From assembly GCA_010093995.1 (NCBI GenBank), contig ML992502.1, positions 1,708,312 through 1,772,311 of the forward strand: a stretch of 64,000 nucleotides of DNA, written 5' to 3'. Positions 21,456 to 35,283 of the stretch are shown here, piece by piece (position 1 is the first letter of the stretch; every line of letters starts with the position of its first letter). Under the pieces are notes generated by a model, which saw only the letters and a list, made by a program, of their open reading frames with translations, was not told where the DNA came from and did not search any database. The position numbers and the translations under genes are program-made. Source of the stretch: Elsinoe ampelina. Its lineage: Eukaryota.

Positions 21456-24400
21456 TCCACTCCACGCTTGGATAGAGCGTATGGGGATCCAGCAGACCCG
21501 CAAAAATATGAGGACTCGCGGCTCGCCATGGTCCCACCTGGACGATTGCTGCTCCCACATGCTCACGCAGTGATATCTGGCATCGATCACGATCCAGCAA
21601 TATCTGGCTCCAATGACGTTCTGTCAGATGTTCCAAGCATCAGCCAGCCACTCCCCACAACGGTGGATGACTACATCCTTATCACCTCAATATCAACATC
21701 TCCACCGATCCCCAGATTAGCCCTCAGCCAGCCACGTCCCACCACTTGGCCCATCCTCCATAACGGAAGCGCACTTCACACGCCAAGAGGAGGCTCAACA
21801 GCTTTACTATGGAGATTGATTGCCTGCATGTCTATATCAAGCATGCACACGAGCAGAAGTGCACGGGAGGCGTCTTGGCGCTCGTGGCTGAACGTCTTGT
21901 ACCCCTGCCTCGGGTGGCGGAGATGGCTATGAGCTTGGACAGGTCAGAGGAAGAGGATGGGGACGGTGGGGTGGAGATGAAGGTGGCGTTGATACCTGTT
22001 ACTGGCTGTGGATCACGGGTGTGGAGGTGTGGAGGATGCATGCCATTGGCGTGACTTGTGATGATGCAGTTGCGACCGGATGCATTGGACATGGGCTCGC
22101 AACTCATGCAGAGGTAATTGTAGCGTTGTGCCCGAGAGTGAAAGCGCTTCCACAGTTACAGACCAAATGCAGAAAGTGTTTCCACGCCACAGAGACCAAC
22201 TCAAGCCAGTCAGCATCCCAAAGCAAGCCCAAAATCGCCACGCATAAGTGCAACGATTGCCTCAAAGTACGACTCACGTGACCTACCTCTCAAGCACAAC
22301 TGCCATCCCAGTCCTCGCCATCCCTCGCCCTCTCCAACAAACTCCCCCAGCCAGCCAAACACCCTCTACCCTTCCCCATCTCGTCTCCCAAAATAAACCG
22401 ACCACCAAGACCGGCACAAACTCCGAACCCACAGCAATAAGACAGACAATCCCCCTCTCCCCCTGTGCCTTCCCACGCCCTAGCGCCATTCCCTTCCCTG
22501 ACCCTGCGCCACCACCTGCCCCGTCTCAGCCAAACAAGATCCACCTCGTTGCTCCCGCCCGGACAGCCACTGTAAACATGCATCGACGCAAGACCGCTAC
22601 TCACCCATACTTCTCCCACCTAGAGTACATTACCTTCTTTTTCCCTGCGCCAAAACGTCCCTCACATCAGAAACAAGTCAACGTACGACTGACAGAACGC
22701 ACATCGCGCCGACGGCCCCGCGGTGATGCTTCGCCAAACGTCCCTCGGACCAGGAACGACTCCAGATACGGATGGTCGACAGTGCGTAGGTTCCGACTTG
22801 CGTGCGCCAAACGCTTTTTCCGTATTCGAAAATGGCATCTTGGACGGACGCACGGGACCATGCAGGTCCCGAAGCCTGCTGGGATAGGCAGCGCAAGGAC
22901 CTGGATGCCAAGACACGGGGAGGTGCGACTCCGTTGCTCGAAGTGTGCGGTGCAGCGTTTTGTTTGTGCTTTGCAGGAGAGAGCTTGTTTGTGGCCGTTC
23001 CGGATCGACATGGGGAATCGCCGCGGGACCATTGGGGTTTGTCTGGTGTGCAGTGCCGATCATGGCTTGGGAGATGCTTGGCTCGGTTCTTATTGTTGTT
23101 CCTGCTTCAAGGGCATCCCGGTGAGTGGGAGGTGTGCCTGGCTCATGACTCCCTCCAAGAAAAAAGGTGTAGTTCTGTTGGGGACAGACTGCATCCTCTG
23201 GCTTCAATGGCGTACCTGTCTTGTTCGAAAAGAGGGATTGGTGCAGTAACTCGTTGCGAAGTGGAGCTCTTGACAGCCTCAACAATGGTACGGTAGACCG
23301 TTCGACACATGGCTTCGAAAGATGAAGTGTTTCTAGCGTTGCTGTGACCTGACTCGGGCGCCGTGTAACCACGGCTCGGAGGTGCAGGGAAACGAGATAG
23401 TGGGAGATTGGCGTATGCTTGGTCTTGCGTGTGGGAAAGGGGTCTGATTGAATGTAGAAGGTGGAAGCGTCGCGGCGGTTGTGCATTGAATGGTTGTGGA
23501 AGGGTCGGGTGCAGGGGTGGTGTTGGAGAGGTGCAACTCGGGTCGAGGGGGTTTGCAGGGTGGATCTGTGTTTTGTTTGCGGAGGCATATGAGATAGATT
23601 GGTTCCGGTGGGGATGGACGTTGGAGGATTACTTCGAGAAAGCTCGCGAGCTTATAGTTATGGGCCAAGGATCACATTGAGCTAACTCGTACAAAGTGCC
23701 GAGATGTGATGCGAGCCGATTGTTTTGGTGCAGCTTAGCCTTGCCCAACCAGGTGGTTATTCTCGAGAACATCAGTGTCCCATATGGTCCTCTGTTTGTA
23801 GTTAACCCAAGGGCATGGTAAGCAAGCCTTACCATAGCCCTACAGCATCTATGCCGTGTGGAGAAGCGACTTGTGCCACTTGCAGAAGCCACTTTCGGCG
23901 CCTCGAACAACGGTCCGGTGAAGGGGCGCGAGAAGCCGACATGCTATTTCACGCCAATTTCAGGACTTCAACGTCCTGGGGAAGTGATTATTGATCGGAT
24001 GTCGGGTCTGTTTCTATGACCCTGCGTGACCATTGTGAATAAGCCTACCGGGCAGTCTAGAGAGTAATGCATGCTGCGCTTGCAAATCCTTAATCGAGCA
24101 AATGTCAAGCTGATCCCAGCATTGAATGTCGACGGTAAAGAGGGGAATATCTCGGTGGCATGTTGGGGGCATGCTTCCGCGGGGTAACGAGTCAGTGCTA
24201 GATTTGCTAGAACAGTTGAAGCACTGTCGGTTCGTGATATGAGCGATAGTGGAAACGCTGGAGCAGGAAAGGGGAGGACGGCCCACCCCGCCGAGCATGT
24301 TCGTCCATCGTTGACATGTAGAGCTTTGAATGGATGTCAACTTGGTAGCTGTTTTGTCTCAGATGCGCGGACGTCTTGTGTATATGCTGTTGGGAAACCA

Positions 24401-26180
24401 TCACATGTGACCACACTTGGAGAACAAGAGGGTGTGCATGATGGCGTATTGAGGGTTCGACCAGAGCAGTCCAGATGTTTCTGGTACGCCAGTAACGTTC
24501 TGAGAGTTTGTTGTGCGCCATTTGTCCCTGTTTAGTCCTGGTGTTTGAGATCTCCACGTGGTCTAACGACGTGAAAGGGAGCGTGAGCGCGAAGTGTCGT
24601 GCATGTGCTAGGCCAGGTCTGGAAAAGACGCAGTCAACGGTGGTGCAGCAAGCACGGAGGCAGACCGAAAGGCTGGCCGATGGGCCAGGAAATGGGTCAA
24701 GGCAAGCCTTGTGTCAAGCCAGGAAGGGAAGCTGATTTGGACAGACGGAGGAGGGTCCTGAGGGTAATGGTACAGTAGTAGGTTAAATCTCTCGTGCCAG
24801 ACCCCGATGACCCTGGATTGATATGCTCCATATCATGTGTGACAGATTGTGTACATGGGAATAAGGCTCCCAAACTAGACCAAGCAGCGGACTTCCGTCC
24901 GATCAACTGTGCCGCGGACATGACAGCGAATATGCAGCGGGAGAGTGCGTTGGGTTTGGCACATTGAGTGATGACGGATTGTATGCACCCACCATCAAAT
25001 ATGCTCGTGCTTGGTATCGACAGGACAACAATCTAATATCCTATCGACTCCAGACCCGCGGTACGCCTGATGGTCGAGTCGATCGGCTCGCTTCGACTGG
25101 GCGTGTGTATTGATGTGTCGCGTGTTGTGACAGCTCCAGAAGGATGATTAAACACAACAAAACATGTGGGAGACGGCCGAGTTGACGCAGGAGAGCGGAA
25201 GGGGTCCAGCCAGAGGGGAGAGGTACCGACGAGTAGTAAGCAGACCAACAGCTGGGTGCATTGTCGCTCTTGCAGTATCCAGATCAGGTGAAGGGTCCCT
25301 TTGTCGCGCACGGTCAAAGTGTAGGGCAATGGAAGGAATCGGCTTTTGGTACATGTACAAACGCGTAGAGAGAAGAGGGTCAAAGTTGGAGGATGAAGGA
25401 GAAACGGTCGGGCGGCGACGGGACGTTAGAAAACTTGACCAACAAGCTTGTCGTGATCGAGTAAGGAGGGTCAAAGTCAGCGACGCATGGACTGTCAAGT
25501 CAGAGCCCGAGCTCACTTATCTGTCAAGTCCCGAGAGTTCGAGACTGCTAACCCCCTCGGCACTTTGATTGCGTGTAATTTGTGGAAAGGTTATGATCGA
25601 TGGGATCGAGCAGGTCATCGAAAGCATGCCGTGGAGTTTGTGTCGAGTATACACGGAAGTGTGACTGGGCACAGGCAGAGAGTTCAGACATGGTGAGATG
25701 AACACAGAGCAAGTGGTTTTGAACATTTTACATTTTTCGTATCATGCTATCTACATAGAAGAGTCGTAAACCGTAATGGCGGCGTATCTTCGCCTCCTCA
25801 TCCATCATTCCCTCATTCGTCAATGTCTGCAACCGATCATGCGGTAGAAACAGACTCCTCATTCCCTCATTCATCATCCCTCTCTGGACGCGTAACGCCA
25901 CTATCATCTCTCAGCCATCATCGTTGCTCCACTCCAAGCCGATGGTCGTCTGGTGGTAGTTGCCGGTGGCGCGCCATAGCCGTTGATGGTCCTCCTTGAG
26001 GTCAACACGGCGGCCGCTGCCCGACGTTGAGCATAAGCTTCGTCTCCAGGCACTGGCTTTCAAGTGCATATTTGGCCGTTGGCTGGTGGTAAACACATCT
26101 TCATGCTGCGTCAATTTGGTCGTCATTGTAGTCGTGAAGTGGTCATTGCTGATCGTGAATTCGAGCATCCTGAGATTCCT

Positions 26181-27256
26181 TCAAGGAGAGCCGAAGAAAC
26201 CGTGCATCTGGTCATGTGTTAGACTGAGTTCAAATGTACAATCTGAAGCTGGTAACGTACTGTGCAGTTCTCGCATGCGTCGCCGTGAGTACCGCCGATT
26301 ACCCAGCCATTGCAGTTACGCATCGAGTAGTAGTAGCAACGTTGAGAGTTTAGCTCAGCGGTGGGTGGTGGAGTGATTGGTACGGGAGGAATGTTCTCCG
26401 TGTCCTCATCAGTGAATTCCTCGACCTTCTCGGCAGAAGTCTTGCCGAAGAGGGCCCAGCGACCAGCAGAAGTATTGCTCTGAGATCCCTTGCGGGAGGC
26501 AGGGCGAGGCGGGAGGACTGGTGTTGATTCTTGGGAGATCTTGCGGGATCGGAGAGAAGCCAATGACAAGGTAGATGGGCGACGGCTACCCGGTGCAGAA
26601 GAGGTGGGAGTGGTGGACTTGCTGAGGGAGAGACCCATGTCATCAATGACGACCGAGTCGTGGCGAGAGTCCCGAGTAGCCTCGATATTGCTGGAGAGAG
26701 CAGATCCAGCGCGGGGAGTGGCCTCAATCGACTGAGGGTAGGTGTTGCGGTTGAGAAAGTTGCGGAAGCTGATACTCCTCATGGCGCGAGGACGTCTGAC
26801 AGGTACGTCAGACGAGTCGGACTCGGACTTGTTCTCGGATGAGATTGACTCGATTGAAAGTCCACGGCGGTGGTGAGGTGGCACTCTGAGAGGAAGAGGA
26901 GGAAGAGCCTTTTCAATGCAATCGGTGGTGACCGTGCGGTCTCTTGATGTGAGGCTTGGTCGTCGAGGGCTGTTGCGGGCCAATGACTTGAGGGATCTCG
27001 CTGATGAAGGCTTCCTCAAGATGGGAGCTGGTACTGGTGGAAGAGGACGAGCGGCATAGATGTGAGCGTGCTCTGGGTATTCAAATACCGCCGTCCGCTC
27101 ATGGAAGGCATCCAGGCGGTGAACGTGAGTGGAATCCATTGCATTTGCGATGAGAGCCGTGTCGCTCTGTGTCGAGGGATTAAATTCAAAGTAGCCAGGA
27201 GTCGAACTTGTACTGCGATGCAGGGCCGACGGCCTTTGAGATGCAGTCTGCGCCAT
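26181..27256 (-). CDS. Ser/Pro/Arg-rich hypothetical protein with a C-terminal Cys cluster; intron 26208..26260
   Basis: 996-nt exon from ATG 27256, then a 53-nt intron gtacgt..ctaac..ccag, then last exon MHGFFGSP*. C-terminus RCYYYSMRNCNGWVIGGTHGDACENC. Confidence 0.8.
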
Positions 27257-29925
27257 GATTTTTTTTTTTTTTCTTGCTGTAGCTAGTAGATGGTGCGGGA
27301 GAACAGGGAGAACAGGGAGAAGCTTTGGGCTAACTGTCGTCACTGCGCTTGGATCGGGACCCGGGGGGTGAGATGGTCGATCTTGAGTCTGACTTGGAAA
27401 AGTCCGGATAGTAGTAGTTGACGAGGATGACGGGATGGAAGTGACAGACTATGAAGTGAACGCTGGTCCCGAGAGATAGGACGGAGCATGAGATATATCA
27501 GGCTGTAACGTCCATCACTGTGTACAATGCGCCGTTTGGCAACGTGAAGGCACAACACAAACGGCGTTTTCGAGGGGGTAGTCGGCCGCGACCTGGGTAT
27601 ACTGCAGCATGCAAAAGAAACCCTGACGTTTTTGGCGGCCGGTGCATCGAGCGGGAGGCGACACTAGGGGCAGCCTTGTGCATGAAGCGGCGCCCGTTTT
27701 GACATTTGACGGCGTGGGGCGTCTTGCATGATGTTTGTCCCGCGTCCTCCCTGCCATGATGAGAGTTTTGTTTCTGAGAGGGAGGCTGTCCTTTCCGACG
27801 GACCCAGAGGCTCGATGTCATGCCCGGCCGCTAAAGGCTCGTCCCTTGCTCGCGTCCTGCGCCTGGCTCGGGGTAGTACAGCCCCCAAAGCCTGGATGGG
27901 ATGCCATGGCCGTCAGCAGGGAAGCCGTACCGGACAGGTCTTGGAGGGTGGGCGTGATCCTGGTCAGCCCAATGATCTCCAATTGCTTGCTTTTCTGGAA
28001 TTGTGCAGTACTCCTTTGAGGGATCGTGTCATATGCATCATCCCACAGCCATCGAAAGCCCCGCACTTGTTCCCAGCAGAAACTGTAGGGCTTGCGACGA
28101 TAAGACAGGAGTTTTATCGTTGGACAGGCTGCTTGGTGACCTCGAGGGCTGACTTGTGGAAAGCCATCAACCCGGCAAGTGGCTGTACCGGAAGATCTCC
28201 AAAAGGCGTCGTGCTATCTGCAGATCATCCAACAGGGGTCCAAGATGGTCATCGGAGCCTCATGCTCGCACTGTATCTGTTTCTATTCAAGAGTCGCGTC
28301 TTGACCATTACCAACAGCCTTTCTGGACTATCGCTCACTCCGGTGGCGATGATGCCAAATGCTCTGTTTGTAGACGGCATGGCGAATCCTGGCAGCCTGG
28401 CTCGACCATCAATGAGAATCAAGGGTACACTCGGGCAAAAGTCCGCGCTCAACAGCAGGAGACCAGGTCGGACCGGAAAGTCTCTGGTCGAAGCGACGGG
28501 AAAAAGCAGGGAGAACGGTGGGCCAAGCCAGATGGACCGCGGTCTGTCTGCAGAGCATCGTATCCGTGGGCACATGCCTCCGTCCCCACAGAGCAAAGGA
28601 TTGTTTCTGTAGAGCACACTCTCGTCCTCCGTCACTCCTTTTCGCTTGGAATCCTCGAACGGCCGCACGTGAAAGTCGAGACTATCCAACGCGTTGAGCC
28701 TTATGGATTGGTGCTAGGCAATTGAGAGTCCGCATACTGCACGTTACTGCTATTTTTGTTCGGTGTTTGCGAATATGCCCAACTACGAGATTAGATACTG
28801 CTGGATGAGGTAGACTATTATCATGGTTGTACAGACAGAATCGATACCGCTGCACCGGCAGCAATTTCATCGATATGAGATAGCTACCAGCAGTTGAGAG
28901 GTAATCGAGATACGAAAGTCCTCGAGCTGCAATAATGCATCCGATAGGAAAGGCTGACCCCTCGTCCAACAGTGCCGCATGCCGATTGGGTGGACAGACT
29001 TCGATCGTGAGGTTCTTAAAAACGACAGAAACATTTGACATGAACATCGATCTTCATCCGAGGCGCGATAAAAGCTTTCACGGACAACCAGATCGTTATT
29101 CAGCTACCTGACAGCCATGGTGGCACCATCTCATCTCCGTGGGCTTGCGTTTCAGGTGAGATGGACACGCGAGATATAACAGCGTAATGGTACTCCGGGA
29201 TCGAATATACAGACCCGGATCCGCCATACTGAAGTCCGAACAACGCGGCATTTGGTGCCCTTCGAGGTGGATACAGGGCCCCAGGATCAGGAAGGTTGAC
29301 TGTCCCCTGCCTCCCTACAGTGACCCACCCACCTTGACCGTGAGTCTGAAACGACCAGTGTCTCTGAACTTACCAGCTCTGCATGCAGATTTCGTGGAGT
29401 CCTGGTCTCTGGGAAGGCTCGTGGATGCTAACAGGCATGACCATGCGAGTCGTGCAGTACACTCGAAGCTGCAGGAGATACATGGTTACCTGTCGACTCC
29501 CAGTAGAGCGGCGACGTGAGCGGCTCGGTGGTGATGTAGGACTAGTGACTGTGTAAGGGCGATGCTGACGTCCAAGATCATATTCGATGGCATGCATCTT
29601 CGTCCATCGCCTCGTCCAAGTGATCAACGACCGTGTGTCCTGAATGCTGGTGGACCAACCGGACACTTTGTCGCTTTTGTGCGGCGTGTATGAATGACAA
29701 GCTTGTTTTGCCAGTGAAATCATGGCATCCTTGTCCCGACTACAGGTTGAGGGCTTTTACCAAATGGGCAACCACACTTGTGGTACGATGAGATGCGAGT
29801 CAATCCCGGGGTCGAGAACGCGACCATAAGTTACGCTTACACACTGGTCCGAATCACTCCAGGGTACTCGTCCCAGCGAATCTATCACTCTCCCGCCACT
29901 CGAAGCTCAACCAGAGTAGTCCTGC

Positions 29926-30015
29926 GCAGAAGCAAGGGATGGCAGAAGCAAGGGATGGCAGAAGCAAGGGATGGCAGAAGCAAGGGATGGCAGAAGCAAG
30001 GGATGGCAGAAGCAA
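29926..30015. repeat. Minisatellite: GCAGAAGCAAGGGATG (16 bp) x5 perfect copies plus a 10-bp partial
   Basis: Read directly; contiguous copies with no spacers. Confidence 0.97.
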
Positions 30016-31808
30016 CGATGACATGGCAAGTGGATGCGAGAGATGGCGTTTGACAGAAGCATGAACAAGGAAAATCATGACCTTTCCTGGGAAGCAACAT
30101 CCTGTTCGCGTTCGCTGGGGCTGATCCCTGTCGCTGTCTTGCAGTAGTCTTCCACTAGAGCCGCGGATGCCGCCATTGACATGCCGCAAGGACTATGGAC
30201 AGGCGATGCCGAGTCCGTCGTAGATCAGTGCATGATCCATGGGGACGAACCAGAGTCAATCGCTCGACAAATCCATGTCCCGATGTCTTCCACGCGATGG
30301 CGCTCATGATTCGACATGAGGAATAATGTGAGAGTGGTGGAGCTCGAGCACAGATTTCTTTGACAGGTCGCTCGGACGTGGCCTTGACCTTTTCTTGATT
30401 TGGTGGGGAAAGCTAGAGCTCCGTTTGACAGCTCAACATCAACTCACTCTTTCTTGATGCACTCACTCTGCAGCCACAACCCCTCATTCAGTCAAGACCG
30501 GGTCTTGCTCAGAAGAGGTATTTTCGTGCCATACTTCGCTAAAGCATTGCAACAGTATCACCACCATGCATCACAAGGGTGTCTCTCGAACAGCTGGACT
30601 GCGAAACACTCTTCAACGACCCAGCAGCTCTCGCAACCACATGATGAAATCCCATTACTGCGGTCCTCTAAAAGAACAGCAATAAGTAGCGACAGGCATT
30701 AGAACGGTTCGGCGCTTGCACTGCGCCGTCGCCTCGTCGCTGCATGTCTCCACCACAAGGATTGCCATGTCGAATGACATGCATCAAAGACGGCACTCGC
30801 TTCCAACCACTCCCATTACAGTAAGCGGACCCATTAAGCGGACCCAGCAAGCGGACAAAACGCATTCCCTGTCTATACCGCTTTTCCGACCAACCACAGC
30901 TTTTTCACCAGCGCATTCCGCCGTGTCCCGTCTGACAGTCCCACCCCGTCTGTCGACCATGCTAGCACTATCACCTCTTCCGGCGGCCCCCAGATAATTG
31001 CGTTCCCAACAGACATGAACGCCGCATTATTGCCATGCCCGCTGCAGCCACTTTGGCCGGATTGCACGTCCGAACGGGATCGACAGGAACAAAGATCCTG
31101 CATCCACAAGGCCGACAAAGCGACCCGGCCGGAGGCTTGGGTCAATCCATCGATCGACTTCAGCAGCCTCCATCTACACTGCACTGCATCCACCACGTTT
31201 TTCCTATCGCATCCTGCGTTTCATATTTGCATGTCGTTGCGCTCAAGTCATCCTCCAGATGCACTGCAAGATCCCTCTTTCGACCCATGGGGATCCTACG
31301 CCGATCACTGAGTACACTTCCTTGGCTGGCATGTGGTCAAGATGACTTATGCTCGCCACCCGCCTCGCTTGCCTTCCCTGCAAGTCACACACGCCACTTG
31401 GCATGCTCCCCTGAACCTTGTCGTTTTCTATACCACAAGTGCTCCCGGACATGATCGGTGCGACTGTCGTGCACACTTATTCCGACTTGTCGTTCTGGTC
31501 GCTCATTCATCACAACCTGCCGACAGCATTTCGCAGCATGCATCTTCCAATCTCAACACACCTAGCGTGACCTCATCACAGCCCACTGTATGCTCAAAGA
31601 CGTAAAAGATAAGTCATGAATCTCAACAAGATATGCTATCGCTATGTTTGTTCGTTACACATGAATCATACAAGCCGCCCAGCTTTTTTTTTTTTCTTCT
31701 TCTCCCCAAGCTCATCTTGCTCGTGCCATCTGCACTCCGCCCTGTCCCTTCCAGCTCTTCACCATCCCCACAGCACCGCCTCCCACACACCCACGAAACA
31801 ACCCCTCC

Positions 31809-34800
31809 TCACCTCCCCGTCGCCCTCTCATCCATCCCCTCCCACCTGATCCCCCCAACCAGCATCCCGATCGCATTCCCCATCAAATCCGCCGCCTCAT
31901 GCAACAACTCCCACCTCGCCTGCATAAACGTCGTTCTCAACAACATGAACAACCCCAACACCCTATTCTTCCCCTCCATCTTCTCCAACTGCGCCGGACT
32001 CTCCCCGCCGCCCACCCTCGTCAAAAACCCCACCATATCCCTGACCTGCGCCTCCCTCGTCCCCAACGCCGTCACGATCTCCGGATCCTTCAAGGGCCCT
32101 TCCCTCGCGAAACCATACGACCAAACCACCATCCCGGCGAGATACAGCACCCAAGGCCGGTTGAGCAAGACGTCGTTTCTCGCCGTGTAATCCCACCCCA
32201 TCCCGGACCCGGTCCCGCTGTCCTCCACCAACAACGCACTGCTCAAGAACCTCAACGCGTAGAACGTACTGTCCCTCGCCCTCGCGCTCGGCGCCCACGT
32301 CTCCACCATCCGCCGCCTCGCCGCCGTCCGGTCCTGCGGCGTGATCACCCGCCCCAACAACCGCGTCGCGCCCGCGTACATCATGCAGTCCAGCACGTCG
32401 CAGTGCATGGCCATGTGCGCGAGGTGATGCAGCACGGTGCGCGCCTCGAAGACGTTATCCCGGTCGAGTTCGCCGCGGCCGAGGAGGCTCCGCGCGACGC
32501 CGCCGCCGCCCGGTCCGATGATACCGACGCCCATGCCGCCGCCGACGCCGGCGCCGCCGCCGCCGTTGGCGGCCAGGACCTGGAGCGACTCGTCGAAATC
32601 CTTTTTCCAAAAATCAAAGGCGCGGAGCAGTTTGCCGCCCCACGCGCCGGCTTGGCCGATCCCCACCGACGACACGCGCACGTCTTGCATTTTCATGTGC
32701 CAGCTTACGCTGAGCAGCCCGGCCATGATGCTCACCCGCCCGAACGAGTTTGTCTTGACCGGCTGGCAGTTGAGCGTTTTCTTGAGCGCTTCGAGGAACG
32801 AGACCTGCCGGTAGTCTTGCGCGTCGAGCCGGGCGCGGATCGCGGCGACTTCGCCCATGGATTCGGCCGCCCACATGGATTCGTCGCAGGGGAGGACGAT
32901 GCGCATTTCGTGCGCCACCATTACGGCCGAGTGCCCGAACATGTGCGCGTGCGTGGTGTCGATGATGAAGGCGGCAAAGGCGATGCGGCGCGTGGCTTCG
33001 GTGGAGATCCAGGCGTTCCACTCCGCGTCGGCGGTGTTGAAGCCGCTGGCGTTGACCGAGGGGTGGGAGGCGGTCGGGGTGTCGATGAGGCCGGAGGGGC
33101 CGGCAACGGGGATGGAGAGGGTGGTGGACGCGGAGGAGTCGGGGTTGTTGAAGGGGGGAAAGTCTTGAGAGTAGCGTCCGATGAGGGAGGAACCGCGGCG
33201 CATGAGGGTGATGGTGGTGGAGTGGTGGACGTGAGCGCGTTCGTGGAGAGAGCGGGATGAGTACATCTTCTCGAAGATCTCTAGGAGGAGCGAGGCTTGG
33301 AAGATCCAGAGCTTGGCTGGTGGGCCAAAGTCTGGATCTTGAAAGAGCCGGTAGCGAGTGTGCCAGGCGAGGAAGAAAGAGAAGTCGGAAGACCTTGTGC
33401 GTGTCTCGAAGCCATGAGAACGGTCGAGGTTGGATGCACCGAGTGCAAGCATTGTCAGCAGAAGGTAGTCGGGACATGATTCTGTCGCAAAGGTAGGTCG
33501 ATGCAATATGGGCAATTGAGGGTGGACGTTGTTCCAGAAGGATGAGAGGTAAGTCTCAAGCATAGGTAAGGAGAGCACGTGAGGATAGCGCTCTCTATCG
33601 CCGGAGAGGACTGACTTTCGATACTCTGTGACCAGTGTGTGATTCCGGTCATGGAAAGTCTCAATGACAAATTCGAGCAGCGCCTTGCGGCGGTCCGGAT
33701 GTATGATTGACTCGAAGGCCCGTGGAGGCCCGTGGCGATGCGGAGCAGAAGCAGATGCGAGCGAAGGGGTAGGTTCTCCAGAGTTCTCTCCAGAAGACCT
33801 CTGACCGAAATCCATCTTTTGACCAAAGTCCTGGGGTGTCTGTCGTTGACTGCTAAAGTCCTCCCCTAGCATGTCTGGCGGAATCATGGAAGCGTTAAAT
33901 GTTGTCTCGTTGTCGAATAGCCATTGCGTAAAGTCGTCCGCAGACACGAAAGGAGCATTGTTGTAGATTTCATTGTGGAAGACAGGCACCGATGGATCAT
34001 TCATGGTGTTCATGAATCCGGGTCCCATGTGTGAATGTTGTGTCATAGGTTGATGGTACATGCCTTCGTTCATAGGCGAAGATATGGACATGTGTCTTTG
34101 AGGTGGCTGCTGACTGACACCTTGTATGGGATGTGGCATAGTCGATTGGAAGTTGGGTGCGAACGGGGTCATGCTCGGTATTGATTGCTGAGCAGTGACA
34201 GTTTGACTGGTCGGAGACATGTAATGAGCACCATGAGTAGCTTGTTGCTGATAGACTGGGGAGAATGATGTCGAATTGCGCCGTTGCTGAGCTGGATGGC
34301 CGTAAGGGGTAAAGCTAGTGTAGGGATTCATGCCGTAGGCGGTCGCTTGGTTTTGCATGGTCTGAGCGGATACTGGATATTGATCGGGATAGCCTTGTGC
34401 TTGGTTTACGCTGTATGCTGGTGTATTCTCCGTCGATATCGACGGCTTTGCTGATGCCTCGGGTGGACTATACTGCGGTATTGCAGGCATATGGTGGCCG
34501 TTCGAGATGTCATTGTCGTGCTTGAATTGTGGACGGTTCTCCTGCACATGCATCGAGTGTCGTCGAACGCTGACAGGAGATATGCTTCCGCTCTCTGCCT
34601 TTGGCATGGCCATTACCATCTCGTGGCCGTGTCTCCCATTTGGTGATCCAGTCAGCCCATGGCTGTCGCGTGTCTGTGTCCCTAGAGTGCTGTCTCTCCT
34701 AGACTCCCCGCTCTTGCTGCCTCTCGCACTTCCTGGCGGAATATTTTGGTAGGTGACGGCGAGGTCATATCGAGACTTTGTTGTCCGCACCAGGCCTGAT

Positions 34801-35283
34801 TCTCTCGAATTATGTCGCTCTTTGTGTCTTGCGCAAAGGTCTTGTCGCACGAATCGCCTATCACAGCCTGGATGGTCGCAGATGTAGATTTGCTTCGGGT
34901 TATCTGGGTCGAATCAGCCTTGACCTTCATCCCATATCCCATCGTGAAGACTCACGGTTCAATTGATGCCTGTACAAATGTTCCGCCCTCGAGTATTTCT
35001 TGTCACACCCAGCATGAGGACAGATGAACTTCTTCTCGGCGTCCTTGCTCAATTTCCTCCTCTTTGCACTCCTTCCCTTGTCATCCGTCTCGCCCTGCGA
35101 CTCATCGCTCGCGTGCCTCCCATTGGGCGACTCGTCATGACTCTCGTGCGAAGCTTCGGCTGGATCCTGATCCACGTCCTGAGCTGCAGCCGAGTGGTAG
35201 TCATCTCCGGGGCCGTGGGGAGCTGCATGACGAGCAGCTTTCCCCGGATTTTGTCGTGAATCGTACATGGCGACAGCAGCCAT
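31809..35283 (-). CDS. Two-finger C2H2 transcription factor with fungal TF middle-homology region (yeast YPR022C/Sdd4-like); intron 34904..34955
   Basis: Spliced fingers CPHAGCDKKYSRAEHLYRHQLN|HNPKQIYICDHPGCDRRFVRQDLCARHKERH. Downstream FWNNVHPQLPILHRPTF, EATRRIAFAAFIID and LPCDESMWAA. Confidence 0.92.

Noticed and set aside
25805..25872. 14-bp direct repeat TCATTCCCTCATTC downstream of the 26181 gene
   Set aside because: Low-complexity 3' UTR sequence; only two copies.
27728..29047. ORFs of 121-294 aa in the intergenic block
   Set aside because: No recognisable motifs, codon bias or consistent splice model.
29926..30015. Direct repeats as a CRISPR array
   Set aside because: No spacers, 16-bp contiguous units, eukaryotic context and no cas genes.
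31899..33477. Long alternative ORFs (453 aa +, 287 aa -) over the transcription factor
   Set aside because: Shadow frames of a very GC-rich coding stretch; no motifs.
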